From: Thermoplasmata archaeon
GTDB taxonomy: Archaea; Thermoplasmatota; Thermoplasmata; Lutacidiplasmatales; UBA184
DNA: 64,000 nucleotides
Direction of reading: 5' to 3'
Assembly: GCA_022750155.1 (NCBI GenBank)
Contig: JAKIWG010000006.1
Location: 14,339-78,338 of the forward strand
A program made the position numbers and the translations under genes. The notes under the pieces are model-generated. The model saw only the letters and a program-made list of their open reading frames with translations. It had not been told where the DNA came from and did not search any database. Shown piece after piece: positions 28,802 to 37,638 of this stretch; position 1 is the first letter of the stretch, and each line of letters starts with the position of its first letter.

Positions 28802-29611
28802 ATGTCCAAGTTTCGTCACGATTCCCGGGCCCTATCAGAAATCGTGGGGTCCCTCATGCTCGTCCTCATCGTGGTCGTTGCCGCCACCGCGTTAGCGGTG
28901 TTCGTTCAGAGCTACCAGAAGAACCTGCAGGCGGAGCAGGCATTGGCCCAAGCGAAGAGTTTGGAGTCGTTGAAGGTCCTCCGAGTGGCCCCAACCGAAA
29001 ACGGGACGAACGGAACGTGGGCGACCCTGAATTTCACCGTCGCGAGCCTGTACGTGAACCCGTCGACGATCACCGGAGTGAGCATCAACAACATGCCCGT
29101 CAGGAACTTCACCGCGCTCCACCTCAACCTGGCCTCTGGGAACTGGACCGCGGAGGTCGTCGCGGCGGGGGGGCAGTTGACGCTCTACCCCAGGGAACAG
29201 GTCTACCTCCAGGTCGACGGGCAGGGCGGGAACCTCTCGTCGTTCTACTCCCAGTCGTTGAGAGTGCCCATCTCGGCGTCGATCAGCGTCCAGATCCTCA
29301 CGGCTTACCAGAATGTCTTCTCGGGGTTGTTCATCCCCCCGACGGCGATCGCTCTCGTCCAGACGCTCCAGACCTGGAACTCGAGCGCCATGAGCTACAA
29401 CCAGACCCCCCTGCTCGATGGAAGCAATTCATTCCAGCCAGGAAATGGGACGATTGTCGCGTGGTCTTGGAACATCACGCCGGGGAATATTCTTCTGTTC
29501 GGTGAGAAACAGGTGGCGCGGATGTTGAATTCGGTGACACACTACACTATCCGGTTGACGGTAACGAACGCCGAGGGGCTACAGGGCATCGACTCGATCA
29601 GGTATGTCTGA
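28802..29611 (+). CDS. Archaeal type IV pilin with C-terminal PKD-like domain
   Basis: Class III signal RA|LSEIVGSLMLVLIVVVAATALAVF; ESL motif; LDGSNS...IVAWSW...YTIRLTVT. Confidence 0.88.
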   Translation: MSKFRHDSRALSEIVGSLMLVLIVVVAATALAVFVQSYQKNLQAEQALAQAKSLESLKVLRVAPTENGTNGTWATLNFTVASLYVNPSTITGVSINNMPVRNFTALHLNLASGNWTAEVVAAGGQLTLYPREQVYLQVDGQGGNLSSFYSQSLRVPISASISVQILTAYQNVFSGLFIPPTAIALVQTLQTWNSSAMSYNQTPLLDGSNSFQPGNGTIVAWSWNITPGNILLFGEKQVARMLNSVTHYTIRLTVTNAEGLQGIDSIRYV

Positions 29612-29695
29612 CGGCAACCTTTCCCGAAGCGGGTTCAGCCATCACTGGGACCGCCGACCTGGCCGGACTGGCGCTTTCACAGGAGCCGCCGGACC

Positions 29696-31132
29696 CTAGC
29701 CGGGGAACACGACCGCGAACGAAATCGCAGTGGCGGCCATCAGGGCGAGGGAGTGCAGAAGGCCGTAGCGCGCCTTACCTTCCGTGAAGGCTCCGATGAT
29801 TACCCCGGTTCCCATCGAATTGATGAGCATCAGGTCGAAGAACCGCTGCTTCAGGGCCGCCGGACTCAGTCGGGGGACACTTGCCGCCGAAACCCCGCCG
29901 GAGCCGGACGCGCCGGCACTATTGAGCGGGTTTCCGTTGAGGAAGCTGATGTTGATCGACCCGAGCGTGGGAGCGATGAACAACAAGGAAAAGAGCACTG
30001 CCATCAGGACGCCGAAGGCGATGTACAACACGGCCACGGGCAATACGAGTTGGTTGTTGCGCTCGATCTCGATCTTGATGAAGTCGTCCATGTCCTTGGC
30101 CGCGCGGTAGACGACGACGGAGGTTTCGCCTCCCACCGCCGAGGCATCCGAAATCAACCCTGCGTATCGGTTGATGAGGGCGCTTCGCATCGGAGTCACC
30201 ATCGTCTGCAGGACCACGTCGAAGGGGCGCCCCATCCGGATCCCATCCGCGGCGATCCGCAGGTCCTTGCGCATGATGTTCCCGCTGGTCTTCGCGAGCT
30301 CTACGATGCACTTCGCCGGGTCGATCCCGCCCCGCATGGCGTCGGCCATCTCGAACAGGAACTGGGCGAATGCACGCTCGTACGTACGTCGTCGACGTTT
30401 TTCCCGACGGGCGTCCATGGCGAACGCCAGAAGCCCGATGAAGAGCCCGATGATGACCACGTACTCAGGGGCGAGCAGCGGCTCGCCGGGTGTTCCGGTG
30501 ACGAAGATCAGACCGATCATGACAAAGACGAACGCCGCCACGGCGGGGATGTAGAGTACGATGTACTCCTTCTGGATCGGGTGCGTCGCGAAATACTTGT
30601 GGAACGTGAACCGGCGGGTTCGCTTCAGGTAGAGCACGTAGCCCCCCGCGGCCGCCGCCACGACGGCCGCTCCCACCCCGATTTCGAGCAGGAGTGCCCG
30701 GCTGTTGAGGACGACGAACGGGTTCGGCGGGGGGACCGTCGTATTGATGGTGAAACCCCAGGAGTACTCCGCGTGGTTTCCGGCGGAGTCGGTCACGTCG
30801 ACGGTGACGGTGTGGTTTCCCGGCTGGAGCTTGAGGACCGCCGGGGGGGTGTAGCTGATCTCGCTCGCGGTGATCACCGTGCCCTCGATGTTCGTCACAT
30901 CGAGCCCATCTACGATCATGGTCACTCCGACGGGAAAGATGCGGCCGGCGCTGTCGGTGTACGTCGCCGAGATGTTGGGGGTCTGGGTGTGCGAAATGGC
31001 TGCCGGCGCCGGGTTCACCGGAGTGATGATGATCGGGCCTGCCGCTGCGCGCGCACCCTGGGCATTTTGTCCGGCGAGGAGCAGGATGATGAGAAGGGCG
31101 AGGAGCAGCCAGGACCTTGCCATGGGATTCAC
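29696..31132 (-). CDS. TadC/FlaJ-like platform protein with N-terminal extracellular Ig-like domain
   Basis: Signal and Ig domain (PNISATYTD..GNHTVTVDVTDSAGN..WGFT); GspF domain FLFEMADAMRGG...GGET; GLLH C-terminus. Confidence 0.85.
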   Translation of the reverse strand: MNPMARSWLLLALLIILLLAGQNAQGARAAAGPIIITPVNPAPAAISHTQTPNISATYTDSAGRIFPVGVTMIVDGLDVTNIEGTVITASEISYTPPAVLKLQPGNHTVTVDVTDSAGNHAEYSWGFTINTTVPPPNPFVVLNSRALLLEIGVGAAVVAAAAGGYVLYLKRTRRFTFHKYFATHPIQKEYIVLYIPAVAAFVFVMIGLIFVTGTPGEPLLAPEYVVIIGLFIGLLAFAMDARREKRRRRTYERAFAQFLFEMADAMRGGIDPAKCIVELAKTSGNIMRKDLRIAADGIRMGRPFDVVLQTMVTPMRSALINRYAGLISDASAVGGETSVVVYRAAKDMDDFIKIEIERNNQLVLPVAVLYIAFGVLMAVLFSLLFIAPTLGSINISFLNGNPLNSAGASGSGGVSAASVPRLSPAALKQRFFDLMLINSMGTGVIIGAFTEGKARYGLLHSLALMAATAISFAVVFPG

Positions 31133-32091
31133 TCCGCGCGGGCGTATGCCATCGAAATCAGGATCGTCGTCATCCCCACCGAAAGTGGGACCAGTCCGAA
31201 GGTCAGCAGCAGAAGGAGGGCATTGGCGTCCAAGCCCCCCACGGTGCTGCCGAAGGCATCGATGAGGAACGCCCCGACCGCGATCATGAGCACGCCGATC
31301 AGGACGAGACTCGAGTACATGTCGACGTACGTCTGAAGGCGCTCGATGAACTCCTTCTGGACCGAACGCTTGAGCTTCAGGACGTCGTCCGACTTGTTCC
31401 GAAGGTACTCGTCCAGGTTGCCCCCCTGGTGGATCATGTTCCCGAGATCCCAGAACGACTCCCGGAGCGATTCGGACGGCGACTCCTTCGCGGTTTCGGC
31501 CAAGGCCGTGATGAGATCCTTCCCCTGAATGTCGGTCTTGTAGACGATCTTCTGGAACTCAGCGGTCATTGCCGGGTCGTGGTCCCTGCGGGCCATCCTG
31601 CGGACCAGCTCGATAGGGGACATGCCCGTGCTGGCCATGACCGAGAGTTCGCTCAACGTGAACGGGAGTTCGCGCTCTAGCTGACCCTTGCGATTCGATA
31701 CCCGCGTCCCCACGAGGCTCTGAAAGCCTCCCACGACGGCGACGGCGGTGAGCCCGGTAATCCCGCCCACATACTCGTACCAGGCCGGTGACGGCACGAG
31801 CAGGAGGAAAAGAGGAACGGTCACCGCCGCCGTGACCGCGACCGCAATGAGCGTGGTGACGAGCAGTACGGAACGATGCATCCCCGGAGTGGCGTGGACG
31901 CCGGCCTGTCGAAGTCGGTCCGCGAGGATCTCCGCATCCTCACCCCGGTCGAATCGTTCGCCGAGATGGCGATAGCAGAAGGCGCGGTACCTCCGCAGGA
32001 ACCGTTCCTGGGCGGTCGAAGGGGCCTCACCACCGAGGCCGACGGCCTTCCCTTCCTTCGCCGATACCGAAGTGCGCCTGAAGATGTTCAT
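31129..32091 (-). CDS. TadC/FlaJ-like (GspF) platform protein
   Basis: LERELPFTLSELSVMASTG; GKDLITAL..A..SPS; GGNLDEYL; ATGA coupling with neighbours. Confidence 0.9.
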   Translation of the reverse strand: MNIFRRTSVSAKEGKAVGLGGEAPSTAQERFLRRYRAFCYRHLGERFDRGEDAEILADRLRQAGVHATPGMHRSVLLVTTLIAVAVTAAVTVPLFLLLVPSPAWYEYVGGITGLTAVAVVGGFQSLVGTRVSNRKGQLERELPFTLSELSVMASTGMSPIELVRRMARRDHDPAMTAEFQKIVYKTDIQGKDLITALAETAKESPSESLRESFWDLGNMIHQGGNLDEYLRNKSDDVLKLKRSVQKEFIERLQTYVDMYSSLVLIGVLMIAVGAFLIDAFGSTVGGLDANALLLLLTFGLVPLSVGMTTILISMAYARAE

Positions 32092-33872
32092 CGACCGAGC
32101 GCCTGATTCTCCAGCTGGCGAAGGGCACCACTCGGATCGACGTAGTACTGAGCGATCGCGCGGCTGACGTCCTTGTAGTAGGTCATGTTGAGGCGGCTCA
32201 TCAACTCCAGATAGGTCGCTTTGCGGCGAACCTCTGCATCGAGGGAATCGAGGTCCTTTCCTGTCAACTGGGCGATCTTCTCCAGGACGAAGCTTCGCCC
32301 CAGGTAGGTCATCGTGTCTTCGGAGGGGGCCCAACGGAACACCTCGTTCGTGAGCAGCTCGTTGGTCACCGCATCCACTTCCAGAACCTCGGTGATGCTC
32401 ATCAGTCGGCGAACGCGAGCATTCTTGACCGCCACCTGGGCAGGGAACGCCACGGTGTCAAGGGCCTGGAAGAGGACCCGAGGGATGTTCATCGGCTCGT
32501 TCTCGATCCGGTGGAGGAGCTCCGCGATGGAACCGGCGTGGATCGTAGACATCGAGGCGTGACCCACCGAGATCGCCTGGAAGAGCGTGAACGACTCCGC
32601 CCCCCGGACCTCCCCGACGATCACATACTCCGGTCTCTGCCTCAGCGCGGCGACTAGCAAGTCGAAGAGTGTGACGCTCCCCATCGCCTTGGCCCCGCCG
32701 CCGGAGATTCCTGACGCTCCGCCGGAGATTCCCGAGGCCGCACCGCTCGACATCCCGTAACCGGTCCGCGCAACCGACTGGATCCAGTTCTGATGGTCGA
32801 TGTGGATTTCCGGTGTGTCTTCGATGGAGACTATCTTGTCCTCGGGCCGGATGAACATGCTGATGGCGTTGAGCAATGTCGTCTTGCCGCTTGCCGTTCC
32901 CCCGGAGATGAGGATCGACCGGTGGTGCTCGACCAAGGTCCAGAAGTAGGCGAGCTCGAGAGCGGAAGCCGAGCCAAAACGCAGGAGATCGATGGGAGAG
33001 ACCGGGTCGTAGGAGAACTTACGAATGCTGAACGTCGAGCCTTTTCGCGTCACCTCCGTTCCGAGGGTCAGGTTGATCCTGCTGCCATCGCGGAGCGTGG
33101 CATCGAGGATCGGCTGGTAGATCGAGATGTGCTTCCCCGAAATCTGTGCCAGTCGGAAGATGTACTTGTTCAGCTCCAGATCGCCGGTGAAGTTCACGTT
33201 GGTCTTTACGGAGCCAAAGACGCGGTGGAACACGTAGAGGGGCGTGGCTGGACCGAGGCAGCTGATGTCCTCCAAGAACGGATCGCGTAACACCGCGTCC
33301 GTCCTCCCCAGGCCGACGAACTCCCGCTGGAGGTAGTACAATAGCACGGGCCGGCGCTTTTCCGAAACGTCGATATCATAGAGATCCAGTGCTGCGAGGA
33401 ACCGCCCCCTGAGGTAGGCCCGCAACTCCGGGGATTGCTCTAGGCTCTGCCCCTCGGTCACCGGAAGCTCCTCCTGGGCCATCAGCGCCTCCATCTTGTC
33501 GCGGATCCGGCCGATCGTCTCGAACTCTTGCCCCTTCAACGTCGGCTCGAGGACGCTGTATTGGAACTCGCCGTCCCGCTCATTGAAGACGATATGGACG
33601 AACGCGTAGGGGGGGTTCACCGGGTAGGTGATGTCGACCGCCCGGCGGTCGGTGACCAGCTGTTTTCGCATGTATCCCAACTCCGCCTGGACGAGCATCT
33701 TGTCGGCGACCACGTTTTTCTTGACGAAGAGGGAGTCCAATGCGGCCGATTCCCGGCGGCGGGTCGCCAAGTCCTTCGGCTTGAACTTCGAGAGGTCTAC
33801 GCGCGGACGTGGGGGAAGGTTTCGGTCCCGCGTATCCGCGCTGGACGTGGAGGGTGCCCCTACCGAATTCAT
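32088..33872 (-). CDS. Type IV pilus assembly ATPase (FlaI/TadA/VirB11 family)
   Basis: DPFLEDISC; GSTFSIRKF; GGTASGKTT; SIEDTPE; ALRQRPEYVIVGEVRG; GH...STIHA. Confidence 0.95.
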   Translation of the reverse strand: MNSVGAPSTSSADTRDRNLPPRPRVDLSKFKPKDLATRRRESAALDSLFVKKNVVADKMLVQAELGYMRKQLVTDRRAVDITYPVNPPYAFVHIVFNERDGEFQYSVLEPTLKGQEFETIGRIRDKMEALMAQEELPVTEGQSLEQSPELRAYLRGRFLAALDLYDIDVSEKRRPVLLYYLQREFVGLGRTDAVLRDPFLEDISCLGPATPLYVFHRVFGSVKTNVNFTGDLELNKYIFRLAQISGKHISIYQPILDATLRDGSRINLTLGTEVTRKGSTFSIRKFSYDPVSPIDLLRFGSASALELAYFWTLVEHHRSILISGGTASGKTTLLNAISMFIRPEDKIVSIEDTPEIHIDHQNWIQSVARTGYGMSSGAASGISGGASGISGGGAKAMGSVTLFDLLVAALRQRPEYVIVGEVRGAESFTLFQAISVGHASMSTIHAGSIAELLHRIENEPMNIPRVLFQALDTVAFPAQVAVKNARVRRLMSITEVLEVDAVTNELLTNEVFRWAPSEDTMTYLGRSFVLEKIAQLTGKDLDSLDAEVRRKATYLELMSRLNMTYYKDVSRAIAQYYVDPSGALRQLENQALGR

Positions 33873-33920
33873 CGGCAACACCACTCTGCTCCCCAAGATT
33901 AAGCGATGGCCACGGGAACT

Positions 33921-33934
33921 CCATAGTCTACGTA
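33921..33934 (+). promoter_or_regulatory. Candidate operator in the divergent ATPase/pstS promoter
   Basis: CCATAGTCTACGTA. Confidence 0.45.
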
Positions 33935-34106
33935 ATTCACGATTCTACCGGAACCTCGTACCAGACATACGGTAACGTCCCGAATTTACCTCGAGGACCG
34001 GGTTCTACTTCGGCGACGGCTATGAGGCAATATTCGGTTCGATCGACCGCAGAGAGGCGCACGACTAGGTCGCGAGTCCCCCTGCGGAAAAAAAGGGAAG
34101 GAACGA

Positions 34107-35324
34107 ATGAAGGCGAGAGAGATTAGCCGACAGACAAAGCGCCGGAACTTCCGGAAGCTTCACCAGAAGACGGAAGCTGTTTCCCCGGTGGTCGCAACGT
34201 TGATCCTGATCCTCGTTGCGGTCGCCGCGGCAGCGGCCCTGTATCTCTGGTTGAGCGGGTGGCAGGCCGGCATCACCAAGGGAATCGGTTCGCCGAACGC
34301 GCAGTACAGCATTACGATTGGCGGCAGCACGACGGTCTACCCCTTTGACCAGACCATCGTGCCTTGGTTCGAGCAGAACAACTCGAACGTCGTCGTTTCG
34401 GACAACCCCGGGGGCTCGGGCGCGGGCATCCTCGCGGTCTGCGCTGGCCAGGTTGACATCGGAGCGGCGTCCCGAGCGATCACCGCGACCGACATTGCTG
34501 CGTGCCCGGCACTGCAGAACGCAGTCCAGACGCGCATTGGCATCGCTGCCATCGTCTCGATTGTGTCGAAGACCAACACTGTGGGCTTCACGGCCGCTTC
34601 CGCCATGGCGCAGAGGGAACTCGCATCCATCTGGCAGACCAACGGTGGCGGGAACCTCAACCTCGCCGGAATCCCGGTCGCTGGCGGCAGCTACGGACTG
34701 AAGGCGGGGGCCCCCTCGGGAACCGCCACGTGCCCGAACGGCGTCGGACCCTGCTACCTCTGGTCGGACGTTGCCACGAACTACGGAGCCGTCAACTGCG
34801 AGGGCCTCGTTGTCACGGCCTGCACGTTCTCGGCCTCGGCAAGCCCGATCCACCTGTGGGACCGCGCTGACAACAGCGGAACCGAAGCGAACTTCGCGGG
34901 CAAGCTGCTCGGCCAGGGCAAGTGCGGATCGGATCAGCAGGTCCAGAGCTGCGGTATCATCACCAGCAACTCCGGCGGCGGATCTGCCACCGGCAACCCG
35001 GCGGTCACGGCGGCGGTCGCGGCGGACCCCGTCGGACTCGGGTTCACCGACATCGGTCAGATCGGAACCAGCACCTTCGCGCTCGGCTTCGAGAACAACA
35101 GCCAGGCGGCTCCGGTCTTCGCGACCACCACGACTATCAAGCTGGCAGCGAACGGCCCGATCGCCGCGCCCTATGCGGGCGCGTACGGCGGCTGGACCCC
35201 CCTGGAGTACATCACGATTGGACCAGCGACCGGAGAAATCCAGCGCTTCATCCAGTTCGCGATGGACCCCAATGTGAACCAGCTCGCGACCGCCTCTAAC
35301 GGGTACATCAGCGTCTACGCGTAG
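34107..35324 (+). CDS. pstS: PstS-family phosphate-binding protein with class III (pilin-like) signal peptide
   Basis: EA|VSPVVATLILILVAVAAAAALYLW; GGSTTVYP, GSGAGI, DIGAASR, RADNSGT PstS motifs. Confidence 0.9.
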   Translation: MKAREISRQTKRRNFRKLHQKTEAVSPVVATLILILVAVAAAAALYLWLSGWQAGITKGIGSPNAQYSITIGGSTTVYPFDQTIVPWFEQNNSNVVVSDNPGGSGAGILAVCAGQVDIGAASRAITATDIAACPALQNAVQTRIGIAAIVSIVSKTNTVGFTAASAMAQRELASIWQTNGGGNLNLAGIPVAGGSYGLKAGAPSGTATCPNGVGPCYLWSDVATNYGAVNCEGLVVTACTFSASASPIHLWDRADNSGTEANFAGKLLGQGKCGSDQQVQSCGIITSNSGGGSATGNPAVTAAVAADPVGLGFTDIGQIGTSTFALGFENNSQAAPVFATTTTIKLAANGPIAAPYAGAYGGWTPLEYITIGPATGEIQRFIQFAMDPNVNQLATASNGYISVYA

Positions 35325-35383
35325 GGTCGAAACGGAGCGCGGACGACCGGACCCCCGAGCCCCACCTCGGGGGTCAACCCATT

Positions 35384-35400
35384 CCAGCCTCCTTTTTCTC
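35384..35400 (+). terminator. Probable oligo-pyrimidine terminator after pstS
   Basis: CCTCCTTTTTCTC about 65 nt after the stop codon. Confidence 0.4.
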
Positions 35401-35460
35401 CATTCAGATGCAAGCCGTCGTTGGCCCGGATTCAAAAGCCCCTGAGGTCTTAGGCCCGGG

Positions 35461-35754
35461 ATGGCTTCCGGCCCGTTCCAGACCACCTGGATCACCCCAT
35501 CCGGCCCGATGCACTGTGGTGGTTGTGACATGGCGGAGATTCAGCCCGGGCGCAGGGCGTTGCGTTTCTTGGGGGGCCCGGGACGGCTCAAGCGTCTCGC
35601 CGGGACGTGGTATCACGGGTGGGGATGCTTGGCTCAACACGCGGAGCGACTGATGGTCGACGAGGAGCGGTACGGCCCGGCGGTCGCGGAAACGTACAGG
35701 GAGCTTGAGATCTGGGCTCGCCAGCAGGATCGGGCCGCTCACCGCATGGTGTAG
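35461..35754 (+). CDS. Small hypothetical protein (CxxC...H..C)
   Basis: HCGGC and YHGWGC, possibly zinc-binding. Confidence 0.55.
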   Translation: MASGPFQTTWITPSGPMHCGGCDMAEIQPGRRALRFLGGPGRLKRLAGTWYHGWGCLAQHAERLMVDEERYGPAVAETYRELEIWARQQDRAAHRMV

Positions 35755-35861
35755 GCGCTCTCGGTCCACCTCAGTCTTCTTTATACCGGGAACCGGTCCG
35801 GCTCTGCGCAGACCCCGGCCCGGATTCTCCGGCCGTCGTCGTCGGCGAGCAGGAACAAGAT

Positions 35862-36713
35862 ATGCAGCGAACTTACCCCAGAGAACCGCGAGCGGGTCGA
35901 GACGCCGTCAAGCCCGGGCGTTGGGTCTCGGCCACGAGCACCACCGCCTTCGCCGTGACGCTCCTTCTGCTGGTCGCGCCCGCGACGCTGGGCGCCCACG
36001 CCGTGGTCCTGACCGCCCCGTATTCCGGGGCGAAGACCACCTCCTCCGAATCCTTGTCGGTTTCCGGCTGCGCGCACGCCGGGGTCCCCACGAGGGGCTA
36101 CTTCCACGGGAGCACCGGGATCGGGGGTCTGCGGGTCTGGAGCACGTCGCAGAGTTGCTCGGCGGGCTACGGGTACGGGTCGACCTCCTCGACCTCGTTC
36201 ATCTCCACGGTCCCCGTCACGCTGGCCCACTCGAAGGCCACCGTGGTCGCCGTCGTCCTGCTGCGGGCATGGGTGGCCGCCCACCTGACGCCCGGGACGT
36301 GCACGACGGGAAGCGGGAACTATTCGTCCTGCTCCGAGAGCGCGTATGCGAGCCTCTACGGGTACGTCTACCTGGCTGACATGACGAGCGGGGCGACGTG
36401 GTACCCCGCCAACTACCTCCTCGGCACCGCGCAGAGCATTTACCAGGGCTACTACTGCTACCTCGGAAACTGTTCGAGCTACACGAGCAACTACACCGTG
36501 CCGTTCCAGACGAGCTCCTCGACCTCCCTGACGATCAACGTCACGGGAGCCACGACGACCGACAGTTTCGCCCTCGTCGTCGACTTCAGCAGCTACGCGG
36601 ACTCGTACGTGAGCGCGTACGGCGCCACGCTCTCCGGTGCCAAGGCGTCGGCCACCGTCAACGCGGCATCCTCCGGAGAGCACATCGACCTCGCGTCGAT
36701 CACAATATCCTGA
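35862..36713 (+). CDS. Secreted Ser/Thr/Tyr-rich beta protein
   Basis: Signal; LTAPYSG; Cys pairs; TTTATA box at about 35780. Confidence 0.8.
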   Translation: MQRTYPREPRAGRDAVKPGRWVSATSTTAFAVTLLLLVAPATLGAHAVVLTAPYSGAKTTSSESLSVSGCAHAGVPTRGYFHGSTGIGGLRVWSTSQSCSAGYGYGSTSSTSFISTVPVTLAHSKATVVAVVLLRAWVAAHLTPGTCTTGSGNYSSCSESAYASLYGYVYLADMTSGATWYPANYLLGTAQSIYQGYYCYLGNCSSYTSNYTVPFQTSSSTSLTINVTGATTTDSFALVVDFSSYADSYVSAYGATLSGAKASATVNAASSGEHIDLASITIS

Positions 36714-36790
36714 GCCCGCGCGGATCGCGCTCCCAGGGTCCACCGCGGGCCGGACTTCGGGGGGGACTCCGGGCGACCCCGCGATCCTGC

Positions 36791-37543
36791 TCAGACGACC
36801 TTGATGTAGACCAGGGTCGTCGGACCGGCCGCTGAGCCGACGGGCGAACCGATCAACGCGCTGGCGGACGAAGCGCAGCCGGACTTTGACGCGGCGAGCG
36901 TGGTGGCCTGAACGAACGTCGTCACGGCGTAGGAGTGACCCGCCGTGAGCCCCGCGATGAAGACCACGAGGTAGAGCCCTGTCGTCCCGGCGACGACGAG
37001 GCCCTTGTTCTGGAGGACGTGTTGGTAGATCTGGTGCGTTCCGTGGCCCACCGTGACCTGAGGTGAGACCGAGACATCGGTGACGTACCCGTAGAGGGCG
37101 ATCCGCGCCCCCGCGAACGTGCTCAGGTGGGTCGGGCTGGCGACGCAGGTGGTGTTGAGCACGACCGCCCATGTGACGTTCCAAAGGATGATGACCGAAT
37201 GGTTCCCGCTCGTGCACGTCGCCGGACACGAGAACGAGACGTTCTGGACGCCAGACCAAGCCTGGATCTTGTGGGCTCCGCCGCCGGAGGAGGTCGACTG
37301 CTGGCTCTGGTGGGCGACCCCGGTCGTGGGGTTGAAGCTCGGAGAGATCGCGAGGACGTTCGAACCGCTGCCGGACGCGGCCAGGACCAGCGAACCGGTG
37401 AAGGCGAAGCCGCCGTACGTGGTGTACGGTGCGACCGCTTTGAACAGCGGGGGTCCCGCCGAGGCGACGGGGGCGATGAGTACGAGGGCGAGGACCAGGC
37501 CGAAAGCGGGGAATGCCCAGGTGGATCGGCGTATTCGCGTCAT
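36791..37543 (-). CDS. Secreted beta protein, probable distant paralog of 35862..36713
   Basis: Signal MTRIRRSTWAFPAFGLVLALVLIAPVASA; APY, F..TTG and LYGYV.D motifs shared with the neighbour. Confidence 0.78.
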   Translation of the reverse strand: MTRIRRSTWAFPAFGLVLALVLIAPVASAGPPLFKAVAPYTTYGGFAFTGSLVLAASGSGSNVLAISPSFNPTTGVAHQSQQSTSSGGGAHKIQAWSGVQNVSFSCPATCTSGNHSVIILWNVTWAVVLNTTCVASPTHLSTFAGARIALYGYVTDVSVSPQVTVGHGTHQIYQHVLQNKGLVVAGTTGLYLVVFIAGLTAGHSYAVTTFVQATTLAASKSGCASSASALIGSPVGSAAGPTTLVYIKVV

Positions 37544-37638
37544 CGGACCCCGGAACCCGCGGCCGCTAGTTGAACGTTCGCACGGGAGCGGACGGTACCC
37601 GATCCCCGCCCAGCGTCCGACGAGCTGAGCCGTGCCCG

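Noticed and set aside
28054-33872. Archaellum (motility) operon
   Set aside because: No archaellin, FlaF/G or chemotaxis genes; split TadC pair and linkage to PstS point to a non-motility pilus.
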